Counted from the stretch's first letter, positions 9,331 to 18,365 are shown. The stretch: DNA of 64,000 nt from an uncultured virus (IMG/VR IMGVR_UViG_3300031772_000018) (IMGVR_UViG_3300031772_000018); one strand, 5' to 3'. A program made the numbers and translations. Notes: generated from the letters alone by a model not told the origin.

Positions 9331-9374
9331 AATTTCCACTTGACATTATTATAAAAATAGCGATAATAAAGACT

Positions 9375-9605
9375 ATGAAAGCTTACTTTGTCTGTAATCA
9401 TTGTGGTGAAGTCATTGATGTTAAAGGCCTTAACCAAGAAGTCGAATGTCCTCGTTGTTATCGTGAGGTCAATGTTGAAAATGCCAGTGAATATGGTGAA
9501 CGTCCTGAAGTTGAATTCAACGAGTATAACGATAAGGATGTCACAGATTGTGCCAATGGCGATTATAATACTTGGGAAGAAAATCAAATCGCTAACGAGG
9601 AATAG
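9375..9605 (+). CDS. Zn-ribbon protein with acidic tail
   Basis: CNHC...CPRC; start just after promoter at ~9340. Confidence 0.75.
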   Translation: MKAYFVCNHCGEVIDVKGLNQEVECPRCYREVNVENASEYGERPEVEFNEYNDKDVTDCANGDYNTWEENQIANEE

Positions 9606-10140
9606 ATTTAAGAAAATTTTTTATTTCATCGTTGGTAAATGAATTTTTTGCGTAATTCAACGCAACACAAACAAGTTGAATGTTGTCTTTGGTGTATGGT
9701 TTATTGGAGTTAATTCTATCAATGGAAATCACATCAGGAGTTTTTGGACATCTCTCTCCAGAATGTTTAGGAGTCTTGAGTTTAAGTCCTGATAAAGCAC
9801 AAATTCCATTTTGTTTTTCAAATTGTTTACGTACATCATCAATTGTAATTAAACAATCTTGTTTTCTACTATTTTTAACAGAATTGAAAACTCTCACAAA
9901 AGGAGAATTGATGGTAAGTGGTCTATTAAATTTTTCTAATCCTTTTTTTCTTCTTATTTTTTCTCTACGACATCTTTGTTTGAGATTTATTTTTTCTAAA
10001 TTTTTTGCCTTCCATCGTTTATTAGAAGCCTTTATTTTTTCAGAATTATTTCTTCGATATTTTGCACAGATTGCTTTCCGTTTTAATTTGTATTCAATGT
10101 CTTTAATAACCTCATTCAATAATTGTATATCTTCATTCAT
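9592..10140 (-). CDS. HNH-type homing endonuclease
   Basis: CALSG...SIDRINSNKPYTKDNIQLVCVALNYAKN; basic N-terminus; GGAG upstream of ATG 10140. Confidence 0.8.
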   Translation of the reverse strand: MNEDIQLLNEVIKDIEYKLKRKAICAKYRRNNSEKIKASNKRWKAKNLEKINLKQRCRREKIRRKKGLEKFNRPLTINSPFVRVFNSVKNSRKQDCLITIDDVRKQFEKQNGICALSGLKLKTPKHSGERCPKTPDVISIDRINSNKPYTKDNIQLVCVALNYAKNSFTNDEIKNFLKSIPR

Positions 10141-10235
10141 AGTCATCTCCTTCATATACAAATACATATAAAAAATAAAAATGAAAAGACGATTTATGTT
10201 GACATTTACATCAATTAAAGTATAATAAGTAAATA

Positions 10236-10454
10236 ATGAAAACACCAATGAATAAGCCCGTTGTCAAAGGTTCGATTGTAACTTACAAAAACGGGTGGTA
10301 TCGTGTCTCTGCTCTGCGTGGTGGTAAGGTGAATCTCAAGAGCGTTTTCTACGATAAACTTTATTTCCAAAGGATTCCCGTGGAAGATGTTACGGAAGAT
10401 TACGACGATTGGTTTGAGCATTGGTCAAAGAGCGAAACTTATCAGAGTATGTAA
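10236..10454 (+). CDS. hypothetical protein
   Basis: Promoter at ~10199. Confidence 0.7.
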   Translation: MKTPMNKPVVKGSIVTYKNGWYRVSALRGGKVNLKSVFYDKLYFQRIPVEDVTEDYDDWFEHWSKSETYQSM

Positions 10455-10620
10455 ATGTGGCTGTGGCTGTGGCTGCTAGTAGCGTATCCCCTTATGGGCG
10501 TGATAGTTACGATGTGCAACACACTATTATTCCTAGTTATTGGAATTAAGCCACAACTAGTTGATGTTGTTGGTGTTATGCTCTTCTGGCCTATTACGAT
10601 AAAAGCGTATTTTCGTACAT

Positions 10621-11385
10621 TTATCTATTGAGTCTTTCAGATAATATCTCATCCGTAGTAAAATCTAGCTTTGTGGGTTCATTTAATCCAACCTCTTTAC
10701 AACAATTAACAAACATAGTTTTTATTTTGGTTTTACTAGTTTTGGAAACCGTACCGTCGGGGAAAATATAGACCATTTTAATTCCTTTTCTTGCTGCGAT
10801 AGCTTTTTTAGCTGCATCACTCTTTTTCGTTTTGACAAATACTTTTTCTCCATATACAGGTTTAAAATGGTGTTGACCATTATATTCAATGCCCGCATTT
10901 AACTCGGGAAGCCAAATATCAATCTCAAATCCTTCTAGTTGCACCCTTTCATTCGGAACAATTTTAAGCAACGGATAATTTTTTCGTAATAAACAAACCA
11001 TTGCGCATTCTCCAAAAGAACGATATTGCGGAGAGTAATTCCAATGTGTATTTCGCACTTCAACGCCCATGCACTTTCTTGAGCAGAACTTTCTTCCATT
11101 TTTTAATACGGTGGGTGTTACCATAAATTTTTTATGACAAATTTTACATTCAATTTCAATTCTGTCTTTTCGGCGCCATTCCATTTCACAGTGCTTAGAA
11201 CAAAATCGGTGATTTTTTGATGGACAAGGCCTATCAATTTTTTTCTTACACCACTCACAAAACATAGGATTCTTAAAAAAGAATCCACGACTTTTGTTGC
11301 AACATGTTGTTGAACAGAACCTTGTAGTAATTTTTTGTGGTGTAAAATTTTTATTACAGACTTGACATTTTATATCATTTAACAT
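10621..11385 (-). CDS. Zn-finger-repeat plus Vsr/DUF559-like endonuclease (homing-endonuclease type)
   Basis: Three CxxC...FCSxxC units then EIDIWLPELNAGIEYNGQHH. Confidence 0.8.
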   Translation of the reverse strand: MLNDIKCQVCNKNFTPQKITTRFCSTTCCNKSRGFFFKNPMFCEWCKKKIDRPCPSKNHRFCSKHCEMEWRRKDRIEIECKICHKKFMVTPTVLKNGRKFCSRKCMGVEVRNTHWNYSPQYRSFGECAMVCLLRKNYPLLKIVPNERVQLEGFEIDIWLPELNAGIEYNGQHHFKPVYGEKVFVKTKKSDAAKKAIAARKGIKMVYIFPDGTVSKTSKTKIKTMFVNCCKEVGLNEPTKLDFTTDEILSERLNR

Positions 11386-11431
11386 ATAATCTTCTCCATT
11401 AAGATAAATAGTGTTATCTATTCAAAAACAA

Positions 11432-12508
11432 ATGAAAATTTCATTAAATAACTACGATTTTACCGATTTTATTGTGCATGAACAAGAATTTTGTGGTGTT
11501 TCTTCAAAACTCATTCAACCACAACACATTGGAATTAAATTTAATCAGACCAATAAGATTTTTCGTTCTTCAATTTGGGATTTGGAAGGCAATCTGTTGT
11601 CTGCTGGTTTTCCTAAGTTTACTAATTTTGGTGAGAATTCAGAAAATTTTACTGTCCCCCTCTCTGTTAATGGTGTCGATTTTGTAACTAAAATCGACGG
11701 CTCTCTTGTCTGTATTGATTTTGTTAATGAGCGTCTGAATATGCGCACGCGAGGCACCTTCCATCACACATCATTAGAAAATTGGGCAGACTTTGAGTAT
11801 TGCTTAAATAACAATCCTAAGCTTGTTGAATGGCTCAAGAAGAATTCCAATTATACTTTGCTTTGTGAAATTACTACGCCCAATTTGAAAATAGTCATTG
11901 ACTACGGTGTTACGCCACAATTTTGGTTGGTCGGCGCCATCAATAAAAATGACTATTCTCTTATGATTCAATCTGAATTAAATGGACTTGCGATTGAATT
12001 AAATATCAATCGTCCTGAAGTTTATTCATTTAATTCTATTGAACATTGTATTGATTCCGTAAAACTTTGGAATGGTAAGGAAGGTGTCTGCTTATACTCT
12101 CAAAACGGCCAAGCAATTCACAAAATCAAAGCAGAAATTTATTTGAAGTTGCATCGGTTTAAGGAAAATGCAACGATGGATAACACTATTGATTTATTTT
12201 TTGAATATAATTGTCCTTCATATAATACTTTTCTTGAAATGTTAATGGCGCAGTTTGATTTTGAATGCATGCAAATGGTTTTACCGTTTGTTTCAAAGAT
12301 TGTTGACTCAAAGAAAAAGGTTGATGTCATTGTTGCTCATATGAAGTCATTTGTTGAGCCTCTCAAGGTTGTCTCCCGTAAGGATGCTGCGTTAGCGATT
12401 GTTGGCTCTTACGGTAAGACTAACCGCTCATCGTTTATGTTTTCTCTATTGGATGGTAAGGAATTAACTGTCGAACAAATGAAGAAATTGGTGTATCAGT
12501 GCTTGTAA
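11432..12508 (+). CDS. RNA ligase, T4 Rnl1-like
   Basis: FPKFTN, KIDGSL, TRG, EGVCL, KIKAEIYLKLH motifs. Confidence 0.85.
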   Translation: MKISLNNYDFTDFIVHEQEFCGVSSKLIQPQHIGIKFNQTNKIFRSSIWDLEGNLLSAGFPKFTNFGENSENFTVPLSVNGVDFVTKIDGSLVCIDFVNERLNMRTRGTFHHTSLENWADFEYCLNNNPKLVEWLKKNSNYTLLCEITTPNLKIVIDYGVTPQFWLVGAINKNDYSLMIQSELNGLAIELNINRPEVYSFNSIEHCIDSVKLWNGKEGVCLYSQNGQAIHKIKAEIYLKLHRFKENATMDNTIDLFFEYNCPSYNTFLEMLMAQFDFECMQMVLPFVSKIVDSKKKVDVIVAHMKSFVEPLKVVSRKDAALAIVGSYGKTNRSSFMFSLLDGKELTVEQMKKLVYQCL

Positions 12509-12802
12509 TCCTTCGCTTACTGCCGCCGCGTTTCCACTGGTTGAAATACCGATGGATTCGTTGGCGGTATGGTGAACAAAGAGATTACGCATGGGAAAGA
12601 CCTTGACATTATTATAAAAATAGCGATAATGTACATATATGACGATTTACGTATTAACGCTGGAGCACTCAACGGATTATGATGGTTCGACGTTTGCAAA
12701 TGTCAAGGCGTTTCGGACGTATGACGCAGCGATGGCAGCGTTATGTGCAATGCCTTATCGGTTTCATACCTCATATGAGATTGACGAAGTTGAATTGGTT
12801 GA

Positions 12803-13039
12803 TTGATTGATAAAATTATGAATGAAAAATATCTTGTAGCAAACATTGGATCCAATACTATCTTGGCTTGTTCTTTAGTCGAAGAAATGGATGTAAAAGA
12901 TGCCATTCGACAATTGTTGAAGTTAGCAGGGGAAGAAGATTTTGACATTGAAGGATTTTTCTGGAATGGTTGTGCGGGCAATGTAATGTCATTACGTAAT
13001 GGCACAAGGATTCAAGTTTTATATACGCCATTTGCCTAA
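12803..13039 (+). CDS. hypothetical protein
   Basis: ORF in co-oriented array; start uncertain. Confidence 0.55.
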   Translation: MIDKIMNEKYLVANIGSNTILACSLVEEMDVKDAIRQLLKLAGEEDFDIEGFFWNGCAGNVMSLRNGTRIQVLYTPFA

Positions 13040-13082
13040 TTAACGCTTGACATTTATTATAGAAATCGGTATATCAATGCTT

Positions 13083-13307
13083 ATGAAACTAATTAAATTA
13101 AGTCAAGGCGATTGGCGCCTTCAATTCAAGAAGGCAACACTGACATGGGAGCATTGGAGCTTCCATTATATTTGGGGCATCGTCTATTGGCCGGGATTAG
13201 ACGCACAAGGAAATACCAGAAAGTCTTTTAGACTGATTGGGTTTCCCTTCTGGCGTTGGATTCCATACTGCTTAAAAGACTTGACATTTATTATAAAATC
13301 GGTATAA
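13083..13307 (+). CDS. hypothetical Trp-rich protein
   Basis: Start after promoter at ~13046. Confidence 0.6.
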   Translation: MKLIKLSQGDWRLQFKKATLTWEHWSFHYIWGIVYWPGLDAQGNTRKSFRLIGFPFWRWIPYCLKDLTFIIKSV

Positions 13308-13315
13308 TTACTACT

Positions 13316-13543
13316 ATGAAGAATCTCTGTGGAAAGACGGTCAAGCGTGAGCAAGCGTATGAAGTTTGGTCAAATGGTGAATGGACTTGGTATTGCTTGA
13401 AGAAGTATCAGGCGCCCGATGGTGAAGCAAATAATCCGTATGCCCGTTGGTTCTGTGATGTAGTCACGCCAATGTGTCCCGACGGCGAATTGGGCGATGT
13501 CTATGTGACAGAAATTAAGCGCAACGCGGTTAAGGTTAAGTAA
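13316..13543 (+). CDS. hypothetical protein
   Basis: Start after promoter at 13281. Confidence 0.75.
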   Translation: MKNLCGKTVKREQAYEVWSNGEWTWYCLKKYQAPDGEANNPYARWFCDVVTPMCPDGELGDVYVTEIKRNAVKVK

Positions 13544-13791
13544 TGAAATCCAAGTTTCATATTGTTGGAAGCACCGCTGATAAAGTCTTTTTAGTTGATG
13601 ATAACACCGACGCAATGAGCGTTACAAATGACGCTGAAAATGTTACCGAATATGTCAACCGGCTTTATCCACAATTGCGCATCATCTATCGTGATAGCGA
13701 TGGTCGGTGGGACGAATTGGTTCATAACAACGGAACGTTCACGGGCTTTGCCCCATTTGACCCATACCGTGAGGAAAATCCTTATCTATGA
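13543..13791 (+). CDS. hypothetical phage protein
   Basis: SVTNDAENV...RIIYRDSDGRWDEL; TAATG coupling. Confidence 0.75.
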   Translation: MKSKFHIVGSTADKVFLVDDNTDAMSVTNDAENVTEYVNRLYPQLRIIYRDSDGRWDELVHNNGTFTGFAPFDPYREENPYL

Positions 13792-13988
13792 CAAAACCGC
13801 AATTTAATAAGTTAATGGATTATGTGCGGCGTGATGCAACGACATGTCACGTATTGCGTAGCCGGTATTGGATTAATACGACATGTGGACAAATTCAGAT
13901 GTTAAAATATGTTGCTATTCTGGAAAACTTTGTCGGTCTTGAGGAATTGGATTTACTGCAGACCCAACTGAATGAAATTGTCACTTGA
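13788..13988 (+). CDS. hypothetical protein
   Basis: ATGA-coupled; stop lies within the next -35 box. Confidence 0.6.
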   Translation: MTKPQFNKLMDYVRRDATTCHVLRSRYWINTTCGQIQMLKYVAILENFVGLEELDLLQTQLNEIVT

Positions 13989-14020
13989 CATTTAATATAA
14001 AATCGGTATAATTAGAGAAT

Positions 14021-14701
14021 ATGAATAAACAATCCCAAGCTTGGTTAGCTAAATTTTATCCGGTAGATGCGATGGAATCCACAAAGCAAAATGCTGTCGA
14101 GCACGCATTACGCAAGTGGCGTGGTTTGACCTCTCATGTATTACAGGAGTATGATTTGTATCTTGACGATCACGTAGTTGCGAAGCGTGGTCCCAATGGT
14201 AAAACTGTTTTGGAAATCGGCGCCGATAGTTGTTCTCTCTGTCATCACTATTTGGAAGGGGATTGCATTAAGTGTCCACTTTACAAGGCTCTCAATGGTA
14301 GAAAGTGTGATTACTCTGCTATAGATGATGAGCCTCTTTCACCATACCGACAATTTCGTGAAAACGGCAGTCCTGATAAAATGATTGCTGCATTGGAGAA
14401 GTGTCTGCCCAAGACTATTAAGAAAAAGCTAGAGACGGCAGCCGATCTGCCCACCTTTGATCCTTGTTGCAATTTGTTGCTTCTTGAAAAAGAAGGTCAG
14501 CAATATATTCTTGCTAGAATGGATGTGCGTACACCGGGTGATGGGTTGCTATATGGTTTAATCAATTTGTGGGACGGCAATCGTTATTCAGATTGTATTG
14601 TGCTTAAAGCTCATAGGAAAATGACTCCGAGTGAGTTGAAGGTAATTTGTGGTGGTCAGCCTGAATCATTTAAGGTTGTGAAATTTGCAAAATCGGTTTA
14701 A
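14021..14701 (+). CDS. Cys-cluster hypothetical protein
   Basis: CSLCHH...CIKCPL...C; promoter at ~13985. Confidence 0.75.
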   Translation: MNKQSQAWLAKFYPVDAMESTKQNAVEHALRKWRGLTSHVLQEYDLYLDDHVVAKRGPNGKTVLEIGADSCSLCHHYLEGDCIKCPLYKALNGRKCDYSAIDDEPLSPYRQFRENGSPDKMIAALEKCLPKTIKKKLETAADLPTFDPCCNLLLLEKEGQQYILARMDVRTPGDGLLYGLINLWDGNRYSDCIVLKAHRKMTPSELKVICGGQPESFKVVKFAKSV

Positions 14702-14942
14702 GATACCGCCGGTGAATGTAGATATTTCTACGGATTACCTCGACAAAAACGATGGTGTCCGTGAGTGGCTTGTTAGCTATTGCAAGGCCAATAAGATTCG
14801 TACATCTACTAGTAAATTTCATTGTATAGGCGATTATCGTGATATGGAAGAGCGTTTGGTTATTCATTTCCGAAGCAATAATCAAATGCGGTGGTTTCAA
14901 TTAAAAGGCAATCAGAATTATCCTTACTTTGAGTTTCTTTAA
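14685..14942 (+). CDS. hypothetical protein
   Basis: Packed ORF, start uncertain. Confidence 0.55.
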   Translation: MQNRFKIPPVNVDISTDYLDKNDGVREWLVSYCKANKIRTSTSKFHCIGDYRDMEERLVIHFRSNNQMRWFQLKGNQNYPYFEFL

Positions 14943-14980
14943 GAGTTGACTTTATTTATAAAATTGGTATAATAGAGAAT

Positions 14981-15226
14981 ATGAATAAAACATGGGCAGA
15001 GAGATTTATCGGCGCACTTAACACTGAATACAATCAGAAAAGAATACAAGAGTTTAGGTGTGCTCGCTATTTGGCACATTGTCATCCAAAATTATACCGA
15101 ATGAGGAGAATTGATAAAAGGGGTTGGATAGAACTTGAAAAGAAGCATTGGTTTTTTGGTTGGGAATATCATAATTTTCTCTTTAATCTAAAAAATGAAA
15201 TGATTACATGGATGAATTTTCAATGA
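14981..15226 (+). CDS. hypothetical protein
   Basis: Promoter at ~14946. Confidence 0.65.
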   Translation: MNKTWAERFIGALNTEYNQKRIQEFRCARYLAHCHPKLYRMRRIDKRGWIELEKKHWFFGWEYHNFLFNLKNEMITWMNFQ

Positions 15227-15420
15227 AAACAGATAAAGTTTTAAAAGTATTTACCATCACAATTTGTGAGCGGTCTGAAAAAATCAAATACGAAACTGTC
15301 CGCGCATCTTCCTTAGAAGAAGCACAAGAGATTGCTGTGGATGAATTTGCTTATGACTTCCGCAGTGATGGTATGGGCAGCTCCTACGGTGTCGAAGTCC
15401 TTACCGTCGAAGCAGAATAA
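15223..15420 (+). CDS. hypothetical protein
   Basis: ATGA-coupled; VRASSLEEAQEIA small phage-protein pattern. Confidence 0.65.
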   Translation: MKTDKVLKVFTITICERSEKIKYETVRASSLEEAQEIAVDEFAYDFRSDGMGSSYGVEVLTVEAE

Positions 15421-15459
15421 ACTTGACTTAATATAGAATTTCTCTATAATTAAGTCATT

Positions 15460-15651
15460 ATGAAAGTTAAGTTCCTCCACGAATCCAAAATTCGTATCAA
15501 AATTAACCGCTATTGCGGCGATGGTTGCTGCAGCTGGCCGGAATGGGTGGATTCTGAAGCATTCAAGGACGAGGAGTATGTCGTTGATGATGAAGTAGAT
15601 GTGACGGGACTTGTATTTAATAAAGACTACATAATCATTGAGTATCCATAA
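15460..15651 (+). CDS. small acidic Cys-containing protein
   Basis: CGDGCC; promoter at ~15423. Confidence 0.65.
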   Translation: MKVKFLHESKIRIKINRYCGDGCCSWPEWVDSEAFKDEEYVVDDEVDVTGLVFNKDYIIIEYP

Positions 15652-16397
15652 TGAAAACAATCGTAATCAGCGACTTGCACAATCAAGTGTCATGGGTCGA
15701 AGGCTATTTAGCCTCAACGACTTACGACGAAGTTGTGTTTCTTGGCGATTACTTTGATAATTTCTACGATTCGCTTGTTGACATTAAAAGGGCTGCAGAA
15801 TGGCTCAAAAATAGTCTTAAACAGCGCAACCGCATACACTTATGGGGCAACCACGATTTGTGGTATGCTCATCCTCTTGCTAAAGGTTTGCACTGTTCTG
15901 GCAATACAAGTGAGAAGCAAGTAACCATAGAAGGTGTGTTGGATGCTGATGATTGGCAACAGCTTAGGCTCTGTTATTTTAGTCAAAACTTCCTATTTAG
16001 CCATGCTGGCATTCATAAGTCTTGGGCATTACATTCTATAAAAGGGTTTGATTATCAATACCTTACGGAGATTTGTGAGGAAGCGCTTACGTATGCTAAG
16101 TGTGGTCATACGCCGCGCCTATTGCGTGCAGGATGGTCAAGGGGCGGTGATTTACCTGTTGGTGGTATAACTTGGTTGGATTACGATACGGAATTTGTAC
16201 CAATCAATGGGATTCATCAAATTGTGGGTCATACACCGCATCCAAACCCTTTAGGGAAAGGTATTTACAAAGCTTCTCCGAACAGGAAGGATAGTTTGAG
16301 CAACAATTACGATGTAGATTTTGCTAATCGGTATATAACGATTGTTCAGGATGGCGTCGTAAGTCATGAAAAGAGTCCATTTTTCAACGATAATTAA
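15651..16397 (+). CDS. calcineurin-like metallophosphoesterase
   Basis: SDLH, GDYFD, GNHD, SHAG, GHT motifs. Confidence 0.92.
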   Translation: MKTIVISDLHNQVSWVEGYLASTTYDEVVFLGDYFDNFYDSLVDIKRAAEWLKNSLKQRNRIHLWGNHDLWYAHPLAKGLHCSGNTSEKQVTIEGVLDADDWQQLRLCYFSQNFLFSHAGIHKSWALHSIKGFDYQYLTEICEEALTYAKCGHTPRLLRAGWSRGGDLPVGGITWLDYDTEFVPINGIHQIVGHTPHPNPLGKGIYKASPNRKDSLSNNYDVDFANRYITIVQDGVVSHEKSPFFNDN

Positions 16398-16413
16398 ACT
16401 ATATATTAAGACT

Positions 16414-16608
16414 ATGAATGTAATGTATAAACCGCTTGAGGAATTGTATGCTAGTATTTACAATGAAATTGTCAAGCACAAATGGGTATTGAGTGAGCGC
16501 ACAGGCACTGATGTTGGTGTAAATGCGGCTGAGCGGGACTGGTATGCGCGTCACTTTAACGATTGGTCACGGTATCAAAAGAAATTGATATTCGATTCGA
16601 TTAATTGA
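16414..16608 (+). CDS. DUF4032-like small protein
   Basis: EIVKHKWVLSE...DVG...AERDW; TATATATT motif upstream. Confidence 0.6.
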   Translation: MNVMYKPLEELYASIYNEIVKHKWVLSERTGTDVGVNAAERDWYARHFNDWSRYQKKLIFDSIN

Positions 16609-16954
16609 TTATAAAAACTTTGATTGGTTTGCCCTTGGTTGTTTTAGATACAACATTGGACCAATCTCCCGTTCCACAACAAGACGCAACAGCTGCAACA
16701 CGATAGGAAAAGGTGGTTCTGTCGGGAAGAACGGCGTCGGTATAACTAAGAATATTTGTTGCTAATGATGCAATGGATGTCCAATTTGTGCCCAAATCAG
16801 GACTGCGCTGTAGTAAAATAGAATCATCTACATTATCAGTGCAATTTGAGATACAAACCCAACTCACTCCAAGACCGGGATTCCCTGCATAAATTGTTGC
16901 ACACGATGTTAAAATTGCAATCGCTGTAATACCAAGTAGTTTTTTAATAATCAT
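16601..16954 (-). CDS. lipoprotein with fibronectin type III-like domain
   Basis: Lipobox LTSC; LQRS...W...YTD...YRVAA...WSN pattern; TATTTAT and GGAGG upstream. Confidence 0.75.
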   Translation of the reverse strand: MIIKKLLGITAIAILTSCATIYAGNPGLGVSWVCISNCTDNVDDSILLQRSPDLGTNWTSIASLATNILSYTDAVLPDRTTFSYRVAAVASCCGTGDWSNVVSKTTKGKPIKVFIIN

Positions 16955-17035
16955 AAGTTTTATCCTCCAAAATAAATAGTATCACAAAAAGTTTCCGCTT
17001 GACATTTATATAAAAATCGGTAGAATAGTAACAAT

Positions 17036-17380
17036 ATGACAAACGACAAAGTTATTAAGTTTCTTCGCGGTCTTGCCCTAACTTCACTCCCCTGTTCTCC
17101 TGTTATCAAGGAACAAGCGCTCGACCTCTTAATTGAGATTAGCCCAAGTCCAGAGATGTTTTATACGATTGTCGGCTCGACAGCAATGGGCAGTCCACGT
17201 TTTAATCTTTCTCCTACGCAATACATTATCATTGATGATTTTCTTGCTATGGGTAATAAGATTGCTGCTATTAAGGAAATCCGGCGGGTGACAAATTGGG
17301 GCTTGAGGGATGCTAAGGATGCATCAGAGGATGTACGTAATTTTACCAATGCTAAGCCTCCTGTTTTTACAGCATTTTAA
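17036..17380 (+). CDS. protein with ribosomal bL12 (L7/L12) C-terminal domain
   Basis: NKIAAIKEIRRVTNWGLRDAKDASE matches the bL12 CTD signature; N-terminus unrelated to bL12. Confidence 0.8.
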   Translation: MTNDKVIKFLRGLALTSLPCSPVIKEQALDLLIEISPSPEMFYTIVGSTAMGSPRFNLSPTQYIIIDDFLAMGNKIAAIKEIRRVTNWGLRDAKDASEDVRNFTNAKPPVFTAF

Positions 17381-17383
17381 GAC

Positions 17384-17581
17384 ATGCAACGTCACAACAA
17401 ATATATTGCTGGATTGTTTTTTGGAATGTTTGGTGGTCTATTCCTTTATGGTTCTGCAGTCCTTGGCTTTTTATCAAGCCCACGACATTTTAATGTTTTA
17501 GTATGTATATTTGTTCCGTTGATATTGCTTGTATTAACATGCATCGGTGCATTTCTAATTGGAAAAAATGAAATCTTCTAA
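17384..17581 (+). CDS. small two-TM membrane protein
   Basis: Two hydrophobic helices. Confidence 0.65.
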   Translation: MQRHNKYIAGLFFGMFGGLFLYGSAVLGFLSSPRHFNVLVCIFVPLILLVLTCIGAFLIGKNEIF

Positions 17582-17624
17582 GAATAGTTGTTGACAGAAA
17601 TAAGAATTGTGGTATGATAGATGT

Positions 17625-18061
17625 CGTTGAGAAAACAACGCTAAAATAAACCGTGGGAGTCAATGTTAAAGACCCGTCAGGAAATGACAAGCGAGCAAAC
17701 CGGTTAGAAGCCAACCTTAAACTCAATGCTAGTGACTAGCAAAGTCAGACAAGACTGAAAAACCATCAGCACAAGATGTAAAAATCAGTCCGAGCAAGAC
17801 TTAAAACTCTCAGTCAGGAAAGACTCAAACATCAGTCATGACACGACTAAAACATCAGTCCGAACAAGACTCTAAATTGTCAGTCAGGACAAGACTCAAA
17901 AACCAGTCAGTCAAGACTTAAAAACCGCCGATGGTGAGTGGCGTAAAACAGAACCAAGTCTTTGATTGGCCTAGACGATAAACAAGTGCGCAACGAGGTT
18001 TCTTTTACGGCGAGCCGATACGGCGTAACCGAGTTTTCTTTTATCGCAATTAAAGAAAACT
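17625..18061 (+). ncRNA. ORF-free transcript containing a periodic mini-hairpin array
   Basis: Promoter TTGACA(17591)-N16-TATGAT(17613); repeated stem-loops; terminal hairpin GTTTTCTTT/AAAGAAAAC. Confidence 0.7.
17743..17949 (+). repeat. nine tandem 21-25 nt hairpin units (C-AGTC-N6/7-GACT-A-rich linker)
   Basis: Stems start at 17743, 17764 (CATC/GATG), 17787, 17812, 17834, 17857, 17882, 17905, 17926 (CGCC/GGCG). Confidence 0.9.
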
Positions 18062-18107
18062 TCCATTTTCCTCTTGACTTATTATATAATTTCTGTATAA
18101 TTATACT

Positions 18108-18365
18108 ATGAAAGCAAGACTATCGTGGTATGTAATCAAAAAGTATTTTCGTGGCGGCAGCTCTGAATACGCCTTTCGTTTGACAAAGAAAATTGCCAAT
18201 GAATGGTCAAGTTGGGATGGGTTGTTTGAATATATTGGAGAGAATACAAACGGTGGTCATGAATCAGGTTATACTATTCATGCTTACAGAAAATTTTCAA
18301 AGCCCAAAGATATGAAAGTACTTTCTATAGAATCAGTTACAAGAACGGGTATTGTTGTTAAATAA
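18108..18365 (+). CDS. hypothetical protein
   Basis: Promoter at ~18074. Confidence 0.7.
   Translation: MKARLSWYVIKKYFRGGSSEYAFRLTKKIANEWSSWDGLFEYIGENTNGGHESGYTIHAYRKFSKPKDMKVLSIESVTRTGIVVK

Noticed and set aside
9680..10171. 163-aa + strand ORF
   Set aside because: Antisense shadow of the HNH endonuclease gene
12515..12575. Hairpin TACTGCC/GGCGGTA after the Rnl1-like gene as an ncRNA
   Set aside because: Single imperfect hairpin overlapping a possible short ORF; insufficient support
17743..17949. CRISPR array
   Set aside because: Period is only 21-25 nt, variable parts are 6-10 nt loops and short linkers, there are no spacer-length unique sequences and no cas operon
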